Origin: Acidimicrobiales bacterium
GTDB taxonomy: Bacteria > Actinomycetota > Acidimicrobiia > Acidimicrobiales > CATQHL01
Length of the DNA stretch: 64,000 nucleotides
Direction: 5' to 3'
NCBI GenBank assembly: GCA_965116465.1
Contig: OZ220687.1
Location: 2,822,759 to 2,886,758 of the forward strand
Part shown: piece after piece, positions 18,116-26,558 of the stretch
Position numbering within the stretch: position 1 is the stretch's first letter
How the letters are laid out: each line of letters begins with the position of its first letter
Position numbers and translations under genes: made by a program
The notes under the pieces: model-generated
Told to the model about the DNA's origin: nothing
The model's database searches: none
The model's input: only the letters and a program-made list of their open reading frames with translations

Positions 18116-19917
18116 TCGCCGGTGTGTGCGGGGCAGCGGCAGCAGACCAGGACGGGCAGGAACGTCTGGGTGAAGGTGTCGATGAGGCCCTTCTCGGTGA
18201 GGCCGTAGTCGGGCACCCCGGCGAGGCCCACGAACGACAGGATCATGAACGGCGACTCGGTCTCGCAGCCGAGTGAGCGAGCCGCAGCGGTCACCCTCTC
18301 GAGCCCCTCGTGGACCTCCTCCCAGGGGCGGTCGCTCATGCATCCTCCGTAGGGCAGCGGGAGCGAGGCCAGCACCTCGCCGCCGGCCACCACGACGTAG
18401 CCGCCGTGGATCTCCTCGAGGCTGCGGGCGGCGTGCGCCAACTCGTCGTCGGAGGTGCCGAGCACGACGAGGTTCTGGTTCTCGCAGTTGGTGGTGATGC
18501 CGATGGCGCCGGCACGGAGCCCGAAGCCCCGCACGAAACCCATGGCCAGGGTGTGGCTGGCGTGGTGGCGGTCCACCACGGCGATCTTGGCTATGTCGCC
18601 GGCGGGGTCGGCGGCCACCGACCCATCCGTGATGGCGAGTTCGGCCTCGAAGGCCCGCTTGAAGTAGCCGTCGTACATCTCCATGGCCCGCACCACGGCC
18701 ACCTCCCCCGGAGCTGGTGTGGCCAGGACGCGGAAGCTCTCCGGACCGATGTCGGGGTGCAGGCGGACGGTGCCCCGGCAGGACTCCGGAAGGGCGTCGT
18801 CGTTGCTGAACGTGGCGGCGCCGTGGCGGCCGGCCACCTTGCCGCCGACCAGCACCAGGTGTGGCCGCACGTCGGTGAGATCCTCCAGGAGCATCAGGTC
18901 GGCCAGGCGGGTGGGGGTGATCGAGCCCAGCACATGGTCGAGCCGGTAGGAGCGGGCGGCGTTGAGCGTGGCCATGCGGTAGGCCTCGATGGGCTCGACG
19001 CCGCAGTCGATGGCGGTGCGCACGTGGTGATCGATGTGCCCCTCGTCCGCCAGGTCGCCCACGTGCCGGTCGTCGGCGCAGAAGGTGAACTGATCGAACC
19101 CGCCGGCGACCCTCGCAGGGTCGGCGAACAGCGGCCGCACGTTGTCGTTCATGGAGCCCGACATGACGGTGATGCCGATGCCCAGGCGCAGCCGCTCGAT
19201 CACGTCTGCGGGGTCGAAGGCGTTGTGGTCGTCGAAGATGCCGGCGGCGGCGTAGGTCCACAGCGGCTCGGAGGCGATGCGGGCCGTGTGGCCGGTGATG
19301 CGGCGCCCGGCGGCGAGGGCCCGGTGCGACTTGCGGGCCGCTGAGTCTTCCAGGTCGAACGGGTTGCTCTCGCCGAGCGTGACCGCTCGGGGGTCGCTGA
19401 GGCGCGCCAGGATCTCCGCCTCGGGCACCGTGCTGCCGCCCAGTTCGAGTTCGGGGGTGCGCGGCACCTTGTGGGAGACCTGGCGGAAGATGCGCAGCGG
19501 CGTGCCCGTGGTGGCGGCGATGTCCATGCCGACCGGGCCCAGCACGTTGGCCAGGCAGTTGGGGTCGGCCAGCACGGTGGTGGTGCCCCGGGGCACCACC
19601 AGGCGAGCCAACTCGCCGGGCGTCAGCAGCGTGTACTCGATGTGCAGGTGGGTGTCGATGAAGCCCGGCGACACCCAGCAGCCGGCGGCGTCGACCTCGC
19701 TGGTCGCGTCCAGGCGTCCCGGCGGCGTGACGGCGGCGATGTGGGGACCGCAGATCAGCACGTCTCGGCGCAGCATCTCCCGCCCGTGCAGCGCCAGCAG
19801 CGTGCCGTCACGGATCGCCAGGTCGGCGGGTTCGTCGCCGGCGGCCACCCGTTGCAGGCGCAGCAACTGCTCGGGCGACGGCACGAGGTGGGCGCCGATG
19901 AAGTCGACGTCGCTCAC
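18112..19917 (-). CDS. Adenine deaminase-family amidohydrolase (AdeC-like), paralog 2
   Basis: 601 aa. AIRDGTLLALHG...CWVSPGFIDTHLHIE (HxH). Same architecture as the 13027-14787 gene. Confidence 0.8.
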   Translation of the reverse strand: MSDVDFIGAHLVPSPEQLLRLQRVAAGDEPADLAIRDGTLLALHGREMLRRDVLICGPHIAAVTPPGRLDATSEVDAAGCWVSPGFIDTHLHIEYTLLTPGELARLVVPRGTTTVLADPNCLANVLGPVGMDIAATTGTPLRIFRQVSHKVPRTPELELGGSTVPEAEILARLSDPRAVTLGESNPFDLEDSAARKSHRALAAGRRITGHTARIASEPLWTYAAAGIFDDHNAFDPADVIERLRLGIGITVMSGSMNDNVRPLFADPARVAGGFDQFTFCADDRHVGDLADEGHIDHHVRTAIDCGVEPIEAYRMATLNAARSYRLDHVLGSITPTRLADLMLLEDLTDVRPHLVLVGGKVAGRHGAATFSNDDALPESCRGTVRLHPDIGPESFRVLATPAPGEVAVVRAMEMYDGYFKRAFEAELAITDGSVAADPAGDIAKIAVVDRHHASHTLAMGFVRGFGLRAGAIGITTNCENQNLVVLGTSDDELAHAARSLEEIHGGYVVVAGGEVLASLPLPYGGCMSDRPWEEVHEGLERVTAAARSLGCETESPFMILSFVGLAGVPDYGLTEKGLIDTFTQTFLPVLVCCRCPAHTGD

Positions 19918-20031
19918 GGACTCTCACTGTACGGGACGGCTCCCGGGCGCTGAGATCCCTCCGCGCGTCCTGCCGGAAGGCCCGACGGCGCCGGGTGACG
20001 GTGGCCGGCGACTCCGGGGCGGTGGGCATCG

Positions 20032-20796
20032 GTGTCCTTACACTGGCCACCCATGCCGCCATCTGCGGGGAACTCGGGGCAGCGCCCGCCCCTGATCGGG
20101 CTGCCGGGACGGCGGAAGACCGCGGGCGGCGTGGCGGGCATGCTGCCGATACTGGCCCATCTGGATTTGGAGTTCTATTTCCGGAACTACGCCCGGCGGG
20201 TGGCCGAAGCGGGTGGGCTGCCGGTGCTGCTGTCTCTCGAGACCGATCCGGCTGAGGTCGTGAAGCGCCTCGACGGGATCGTGCTGCCGGGGGGCACCGA
20301 CGTGGACCCCGCCCTGTACGGCGCCGAGCCCGCGCCCGATGCGCTGGACCCCGAGCCCGCCCGCGACGCGCACGAATTGGCGCTGCTCGACGCCGCCGCG
20401 GAGGCCGATGTGCCGGTACTGGCCATCTGCCGAGGATTGCAGGTGGTGAACGTCTGGCGGGGCGGGACGTTGAACCAGCACGTTCCGGAGCACGGGCTGT
20501 TCGACGAGCCCGCCGAGAAGCTCCAGCACGAGGTGACGTTCATGCCGGGTTCGGTGCTGGCGGGGGTCTACGGCCCCTCGGTGATGGTCAACTCGCTGCA
20601 CCACCAGACCGTGGACCGCGTCGGTGCCGGGCTGAAGGTCACCGCCGAGGCGCCCGACGGCACCATCGAGGGCCTCGAGTGCGGCGACGCCCCGGTCGTG
20701 GCCGTCCAGTGGCACCCCGAACTGCTGCCCGAGCCCGACCCCATCTTCGACTGGTTCATCGCCCGCACCGCCGGAGTCGGCAATGAACAGCGGTAG
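20032..20796 (+). CDS. Gamma-glutamyl hydrolase / class I glutamine amidotransferase-like (PuuD, peptidase C26 type)
   Basis: RPPLIGL near the N-terminus, nucleophile elbow LAICRGLQVVNV, and C-terminal VAVQWHPE. The start may be the internal Met at 20053. Confidence 0.85.
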   Translation: MSLHWPPMPPSAGNSGQRPPLIGLPGRRKTAGGVAGMLPILAHLDLEFYFRNYARRVAEAGGLPVLLSLETDPAEVVKRLDGIVLPGGTDVDPALYGAEPAPDALDPEPARDAHELALLDAAAEADVPVLAICRGLQVVNVWRGGTLNQHVPEHGLFDEPAEKLQHEVTFMPGSVLAGVYGPSVMVNSLHHQTVDRVGAGLKVTAEAPDGTIEGLECGDAPVVAVQWHPELLPEPDPIFDWFIARTAGVGNEQR

Positions 20797-20800
20797 TGGC

Positions 20801-21097
20801 ATGCAGCCTGTGCATCCCGGGGAGATCCTGGGCGAGGAACTTGATGAGCGCGGGCTGTCGGCCAGTGCGCTCGCGGCAGCTCTGGGTGTTCCGACCAATC
20901 GGGTGACGACGATTCTGAACGGCCAGCGCGGTGTCACGGCGGACACCGCCCTTCGCCTGGCCCGCTACTTCGGCACAACGCCGCAACTCTGGCTGAATCT
21001 GCAGAAGACGTTCGAACTGCGTGTCGCGGAGATCCGATCCGGAAGCGAGATCGCGCGCCAAGTGCAGCCCGCCGAACCCATGCAGGCAACCGGATGA
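20801..21097 (+). CDS. higA: HigA-family XRE-type HTH protein (antitoxin-like), with no adjacent HigB
   Basis: MQPVHPGEILGEELDERGLSASALAAALGVPTNRVTTILNGQRGVTADTALRLARYFGTTPQLWLNLQ is the canonical HigA/VapI N-terminal HTH. The ORF-track start at 20783 overlaps the preceding gene. Confidence 0.8.
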   Translation: MQPVHPGEILGEELDERGLSASALAAALGVPTNRVTTILNGQRGVTADTALRLARYFGTTPQLWLNLQKTFELRVAEIRSGSEIARQVQPAEPMQATG

Positions 21098-21272
21098 CGA
21101 ACACAGCCGGCGAGTAGCCATCAACCTGACACGGGTAGCCGCATGTGCTGTCACAGGGGGCGTCTAGGTTCTGCGCAACCGCCACCGAGGTCCGATGCGC
21201 TGGGCTACGGACCCGGACGGCCGGCTTGTCGACATCGTCGACCTGAGCCCCTCTCACCCTTGGAGATTGTCC

Positions 21273-22286
21273 ATGAGCGAGGATCGGAGTCAATCGGTCG
21301 GCCAACTTCTTCCGGTCGCAAAAGAGCGTGTTGGGGCGAAACCCGAAACTAAGGTTCGGGACGTGGGTCGAAGCGAGCACACACGCCCGGTGCGCCTACC
21401 GCTGCGTGTCGCGGAGTCGCCGCCGGTCGGGCCGCACACGCGGCTGGATGCCGGTGTGGATGCTCCGCTGAGTTCGCTGATCGAGCCGGTGCTTGTGGCT
21501 GGAGATGCTGCCGAGGCCTTGAACATGTTGCCCCCCCGCAGTGTGCAGACGGTGGTGACGTCACCGCCGTACTGGTCGCTGCGGGACTATGAGATTGCAG
21601 AGCAGATCGGCTGCGACGACGGGCTCGCGGAGTACGTCAAGAGCATTGTGCGCACTTTCGATGCACTCCGCCGGGTTCTCGCTGATGACGGCACTGTATG
21701 GCTCAACGTCGGCGACAGCTACACGTCGGGGAACCGGAAGTACCGCGCACCCGACCGAAAGAACCGAGCGCGCGCAATGTCGGTTCGCCCGCCCACTCCG
21801 GCAGGTCTGAAGCCGAAGGATCTGATCGGCGTGCCGTGGCGCTTGGCGTTCGCGCTGCAGGACGCGGGCTGGTGGGTGCGATCTGAGGTCATCTGGTACA
21901 AGCCGAATGCACATCCGGAGTCGGTGCGAGACCGCCCCACGAAATCGCACGAGACAGTGTTCCTGCTCTCGAAGAACCAGGACTACTACTACGACGTGGC
22001 TGCCATGAAGGGTCCGAACGGCAGGAGGCTCCGCACGATGTGGGATATCAATACCGAACCACGTCCACGCGACTCGGGTGGCGTTGACGACCATCCAGCG
22101 GTCATGCCGATGACCCTCGCGCGCCGCTGCATCCTGATCACCAGCCGCCCAGGCGAAGTGGTCTTGGACCCGTACGCAGGATCCGGTACGACATTGCTCG
22201 CAGCTCAGGAACTCGGGCGGAATTGGGTTGGCATTGAACTGAAACCCAAGTACGTGGACCTCATCGAACGACGGATCGCGCGGTGA
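21273..22286 (+). CDS. DNA methyltransferase, beta-class N4-cytosine/N6-adenine family (SPPY type)
   Basis: Catalytic motif VVTSPPYWSLRDY comes first and the AdoMet motif VLDPYAGSGTTLLAAQELGRNWVGIE is at the C-terminus (beta-class order). ATG at 21273 after GGAG. The ORF track starts at 21195. Confidence 0.9.
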   Translation: MSEDRSQSVGQLLPVAKERVGAKPETKVRDVGRSEHTRPVRLPLRVAESPPVGPHTRLDAGVDAPLSSLIEPVLVAGDAAEALNMLPPRSVQTVVTSPPYWSLRDYEIAEQIGCDDGLAEYVKSIVRTFDALRRVLADDGTVWLNVGDSYTSGNRKYRAPDRKNRARAMSVRPPTPAGLKPKDLIGVPWRLAFALQDAGWWVRSEVIWYKPNAHPESVRDRPTKSHETVFLLSKNQDYYYDVAAMKGPNGRRLRTMWDINTEPRPRDSGGVDDHPAVMPMTLARRCILITSRPGEVVLDPYAGSGTTLLAAQELGRNWVGIELKPKYVDLIERRIAR

Positions 22287-23071
22287 CCACGAGTGCAGGC
22301 GACCCGGCAAGTCTCGCCGACCTGCAGGCCCGTATCGAGACACTCTCACCGATGGGTGTCCGTTTCGTCGCCCGGCTGATCGAGTCGCTGTCGTCGCCGC
22401 CGCGAGCCGACGTAACCAGCACCTGGCTGACGGCCAATCCAGAGTGGGTCGAGTACTTCGGTTTGACGATCTCCGCGCACCACGGCGCGACCGTTGAACC
22501 TCTTGGCTTGACCGGCTTCGAGGTCGCGTTCCGCAATGCCTGCGAAGCAGTTGCGTGGACAGTTGACCAGCCGGGCTCAGCCACCCAGCGGTTCGTTGAT
22601 ACGACAGTACAGGTGGGTGAAGAGGTGCCACGGAAGCTGTCACTCAAGTCGACCGCAGCACAGAGGTTGTCGGCCACGACCGCACACATCTCCAAGCTCA
22701 CCGAAGCCGCCTGGATTCAGGACGTCAGATCGGCACGGGCGAGGCGAGACCGGACATTGGAACTGTTTCGGCAATATCGAGAAGCCGTGGACTCAGTCGT
22801 CATGCTACGCGCATTCCGTTCGGGGCCGGACGCCATGCCGCAAAAATACCAACTGCTGGAGATTCCAACGAAGATCTTCGCATCCCTCGAGGACGCGCCG
22901 CTCTCGGCATTCGCAGCCGACGGCCCGACCATCGACTGCGCCTACCGCGATGAGCCGATCGCAGCGCGTGTTGCCCTCGATCGATCCGATGCCAAGATCA
23001 CCGTCAAACAGATCAAGCTCTCGGTCTGCACTCTCCACGCCGAATGGCACATGTCCAGACTTCACGCCTGA
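22283..23071 (+). CDS. Putative type II restriction endonuclease partner of the methyltransferase (family not recognised)
   Basis: 262-aa ORF whose GTG start overlaps the methyltransferase stop (GTGA at 22283-22286). It has the same lower-GC composition. I could not assign a PD-(D/E)xK motif with confidence (candidate VD...LSLKS). Confidence 0.45.
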   Translation: MTTSAGDPASLADLQARIETLSPMGVRFVARLIESLSSPPRADVTSTWLTANPEWVEYFGLTISAHHGATVEPLGLTGFEVAFRNACEAVAWTVDQPGSATQRFVDTTVQVGEEVPRKLSLKSTAAQRLSATTAHISKLTEAAWIQDVRSARARRDRTLELFRQYREAVDSVVMLRAFRSGPDAMPQKYQLLEIPTKIFASLEDAPLSAFAADGPTIDCAYRDEPIAARVALDRSDAKITVKQIKLSVCTLHAEWHMSRLHA

Positions 23072-23324
23072 ATTCGGCGCTTGAAGGGCGCCACGAGCGA
23101 TCTCGTGCGAGTAGTAGAACACTTGCCGACGTGCTCCGAGGAACCGATCAACTGGCGCTTCTCTGAGAACACGTACCGAACTGGCGCTACCACCAAGTCC
23201 TTCTCTCTCTGCCGTCCCGTGCAGCGAGTTATTCTACCGGCTCAAACAGTTGCGGAGCTTCCTTTCGGACGCCGCTGCAGGCGAGACTGGCGCGGCTAAC
23301 GGGCCTACAGGACTAACTCGCTGT

Positions 23325-23960
23325 CTAGGCGAGGCCGAATTGGCGGTCGCCGGCGTCGCCGAGGCCCGGGACGATGAAGGCCACCTCGTTGAGGTGGCTG
23401 TCGACGGCGGCGGTGTAGATGTCGGCGTCGAATCCCTTGGCCCGGAACGCCTCGATGCCCTCGGGTGCGGCCAGCACGCACACCACCGTGATGGGCCCGG
23501 CGTTGGAGTCCGTCAGCAGGCTGCAGGTGTGGATGAGCGAGCCGCCGGTGGCGAGCATGGGGTCCAGCACCAGCACCGGGTGGCCCTCCAGGTCCTCGGG
23601 GACCGTGTTGACGTAGGCGTCGGGCAGCAGCGTCTCCTCGTTGCGCTTGGCGCCCACGAAGCCCACCCTGGCGTTCGGCAGCATCTGGAGGGTGGCGTCC
23701 AGCATCCCCAATCCGGCCCGCAGCACGGGCACCACCAGCGGCGGGTCGGTGATCTGAACACCCGTGGCGGGCGCCATCGGGGTGTCGATGTGCACGGTCA
23801 CCGACGGCTGCGATCGCAGGGCCTCGTAGACGAGGAACGTGGACAGTTCGGCCAGGTTGCGCCGGAACCCGGCCCGCTTGGTCTCGGTGCGGCGGAGGCG
23901 GGTCAGCCTTTCGGCCACGAGGGGATGGTCGACGATGGTGACGTTCACGTCCCTCAGCAT
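23325..23960 (-). CDS. upp: Uracil phosphoribosyltransferase
   Basis: 211 aa. VTIVDHPLVAERLTRLR, the PRPP loop VLVLDPMLATGGS, and C-terminal IVPGLGDAGDRQFG. Confidence 0.95.
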   Translation of the reverse strand: MLRDVNVTIVDHPLVAERLTRLRRTETKRAGFRRNLAELSTFLVYEALRSQPSVTVHIDTPMAPATGVQITDPPLVVPVLRAGLGMLDATLQMLPNARVGFVGAKRNEETLLPDAYVNTVPEDLEGHPVLVLDPMLATGGSLIHTCSLLTDSNAGPITVVCVLAAPEGIEAFRAKGFDADIYTAAVDSHLNEVAFIVPGLGDAGDRQFGLA

Positions 23961-24061
23961 GCCCCATGACAGCCAAGTCCGCGGGGCGCCGGCGCGGACC
24001 GGTCTCGACTGTCGGAATCGGGACCGCGGGCTCTAGGGTCTGGCACGTGAACACCGTGGCG

Positions 24062-25012
24062 ATGCGGCCGGCGTCCGTGGAGGTCTCCGGGCGCGGCGGC
24101 GAGCACGGGGCGTTGCCTGAGCCGCTCGCGGGCCTGCCCGTCACGCCCACCGACGCGGTCGGGCTGACCGAGCGGGCCGACGCCCTGGCCAAGCGGTCCA
24201 TCAAGACCACGGCCAAGGGCGCCGCGCTCACGCTGGCGGTTCGCTGCATGGACCTCACCACCCTGGAAGGTGCCGACACCGGTGGCAGGGTGCTGTCGCT
24301 CTGCGCCAAGGCGCTGCGGCCCGAACCGGCCGATCCGGCCGTCCCGCCGGTGGCGGCGGTCTGCGTGTACCCGGAGCTGGTGAGCGTGGCCGCCGGTGCC
24401 CTGGCCGGCACACCGGTGCGTGTCGCCAGCGTGGCGGGTTCGTTCCCCGCAGGTCTCGGCCCGATCGGCGTGCGCCTGGATGAGATCGCCGACGCCGTCG
24501 CAGCCGGGGCCGACGAGATCGACATCGTGCTGAACCGCTCGGCGTTCCTGGCCGGGCGCTACCGGCAGGCTTTCGACGAGGTGGCGGCCTCGAAGGAGGC
24601 GGCGGGCCGCGCCCACCTGAAGGTCATCCTGGAGACCGGCGAGTTGGGGTCCTACGACGCCGTGCGCAGGGCGTCGATGCTCGCCATGGCCGCCGGGGCC
24701 GATTTCATCAAGACCTCCACCGGGAAGATCGGCACGTCGGCGACCCTGCCCGTGGCGCTGTGCATGGCCGAGGCCATCCGGGAGTACGCCGACGCCGACG
24801 GCCGCGCCGTCGGCCTGAAGGTGGCCGGCGGGATCCGCACGGCCAAGCAATCCTGGCAGTACCTGGTGGTCATCGCTGAGACTCTCGGGCCGCAGTGGTT
24901 GCACCCCGACCTGTTCCGCATCGGCGCCTCGAGCCTGCTGAACGACGTGCTGCTGCAAATCGACCGTCTGCGCAACGGCGGCTACCCGCGCCCGGACAAG
25001 ACGGTGGTGTGA
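24062..25012 (+). CDS. deoC: Deoxyribose-phosphate aldolase
   Basis: MDLTTLEG, DEIDIVLN, KVILETGEL, and the Schiff-base lysine context FIKTSTGK. The start is uncertain (ATG 24062 or GTG 24047). The ORF-track start at 23966 would leave only 5 bp to the divergent upp. Confidence 0.88.
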   Translation: MRPASVEVSGRGGEHGALPEPLAGLPVTPTDAVGLTERADALAKRSIKTTAKGAALTLAVRCMDLTTLEGADTGGRVLSLCAKALRPEPADPAVPPVAAVCVYPELVSVAAGALAGTPVRVASVAGSFPAGLGPIGVRLDEIADAVAAGADEIDIVLNRSAFLAGRYRQAFDEVAASKEAAGRAHLKVILETGELGSYDAVRRASMLAMAAGADFIKTSTGKIGTSATLPVALCMAEAIREYADADGRAVGLKVAGGIRTAKQSWQYLVVIAETLGPQWLHPDLFRIGASSLLNDVLLQIDRLRNGGYPRPDKTVV

Positions 25013-25016
25013 GGCG

Positions 25017-26558
25017 GTGAGCGACCCCGGCGACCACCTGCCCGCCTCGAGATCCGGCGGTACACCCGCCGAGGTGCCCGAGAGGATCGCGGCGGGTCCG
25101 CCCGACTTCGGTCCCGCCTCCTACGCCCCGGCGCCCGAGGGCACCGACCTGGTGCATCTGGCCGACGACTACGGGTTGTTCATCGGCGGCGAGATGGTGT
25201 CCGCCCGCAGCGAGCAGCTGGCGCCGACTGTGAATCCCGCCACCGGCGAGACGCTGGCCACGTTCTCCATCGGCGGCCCCGAGGACGTGGACCGGGCGGT
25301 GCTGGCGGCCCGCGAGGCCTACGAGTCGCACTGGCGGGACACGCCGGGCAGCGTCCGTGCGCGCTACCTGTATCGCATCGCCCGGCTGCTGCAGGAGCGG
25401 TCCCGGGAGTTCGCCGTTCTGGAGACCCTCGACGGCGGCAAGCCCATCAAGGAGTCCCGCGACGTGGACATCCCGTTGGCGGCGGCCCACTTCTTCCACC
25501 ACGCCGGCTGGGCCGACAAGCTGGACTACGCCTTCGCCGGCGCCACCGCGGGGTCGCTGGGCGTCGTGGGGCAGGTGATCTCCTGGAACTTCCCCCTGCT
25601 GATGGCCGCCTGGAAGCTGGCCCCCGCACTCGCGGCCGGCAACACCGTCGTGTTGAAACCGGCCGAGACGACGCCGCTGACCGCCCTGCTGCTGACCGAG
25701 GTGCTGCAGGACGCCGACCTGCCGCCGGGCGTGGTCAACATCGTCACCGGCGACGGCTCCACCGGCGCCGCCGCCGTGGCCCACCCCGGCGTGGACAAGG
25801 TGGCCTTCACGGGGTCCACCGCGGTCGGCAAGGAGATCCAGCGCACCCTCGCCGGCAGCGGCCGGCGGGTCACCCTGGAACTCGGCGGCAAGGCGGCCAA
25901 CATCATCTTCGAGGACGCGGCGCTGGATCAGGTCACCGAGGGCATCGTCGGCGGCATCTACTTCAACCAGGGACAGGTCTGCTGCGCCGGCTCGCGCCTG
26001 CTGGTGCAGGAGAGCGTGGCGGGTGTGGTGATCTCCAAGCTGCGCCGTCGCATGGACACGCTGCTGGTCGGCGACCCGCTGGACAAGAACACCGACATCG
26101 GGGCGATCAACTCGGCTGCGCAGCTGCAAAGGATCAGCGAACTCGTGGAGTCGGGCGTCCAGGAGGGCGCCGAGCTGTACCAGCCGTCGTGTGTCCTGCC
26201 GGAGCGGGGCTGGTTCTTCCCGCCGACGCTCTTCTGCGATGTGTCCCCGTCGCACCGGATCGCCCGGGAGGAGATCTTCGGCCCGGTGCTGTCGGTGTTG
26301 ACGTTCCGCACCGCGGAGGAGGCCGTCGAGAAGGCGAACAACACCCCTTACGGCCTCTCGGCGGGCATCTGGACCGAGAAGGGCTCGCGCATCCTGTGGA
26401 TGGCGGAGCGGATGCAGGCCGGCGTGGTGTGGGCCAACACGTTCAACCGCTTCGACCCCGCCAGCCCGTTCGGCGGCTACCGGGAGAGCGGCTTCGGCCG
26501 CGAGGGGGGCCGCCAGGGACTGCTGCCCTACCTGGAACTGCAGGGGCCGGATCGATGA
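25017..26558 (+). CDS. Aldehyde dehydrogenase (NAD(P)+), full length
   Basis: ISWNFPLLMAAWKLAPALAAGN, FTGSTAVGK, general base ELGGKA, catalytic Cys GQVCCAGSR, C-terminal GGYRESGFGREGG. Confidence 0.92.
   Translation: MSDPGDHLPASRSGGTPAEVPERIAAGPPDFGPASYAPAPEGTDLVHLADDYGLFIGGEMVSARSEQLAPTVNPATGETLATFSIGGPEDVDRAVLAAREAYESHWRDTPGSVRARYLYRIARLLQERSREFAVLETLDGGKPIKESRDVDIPLAAAHFFHHAGWADKLDYAFAGATAGSLGVVGQVISWNFPLLMAAWKLAPALAAGNTVVLKPAETTPLTALLLTEVLQDADLPPGVVNIVTGDGSTGAAAVAHPGVDKVAFTGSTAVGKEIQRTLAGSGRRVTLELGGKAANIIFEDAALDQVTEGIVGGIYFNQGQVCCAGSRLLVQESVAGVVISKLRRRMDTLLVGDPLDKNTDIGAINSAAQLQRISELVESGVQEGAELYQPSCVLPERGWFFPPTLFCDVSPSHRIAREEIFGPVLSVLTFRTAEEAVEKANNTPYGLSAGIWTEKGSRILWMAERMQAGVVWANTFNRFDPASPFGGYRESGFGREGGRQGLLPYLELQGPDR

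Noticed and set aside
23072-23324. The 250-bp non-coding tail of the RM islet, checked on both strands for a vsr-like, integrase or toxin remnant and for a tRNA-like att site
   Set aside because: All frames are interrupted by stops within a few dozen codons, and I saw no tRNA-like structure or terminal repeat. It is left unannotated.
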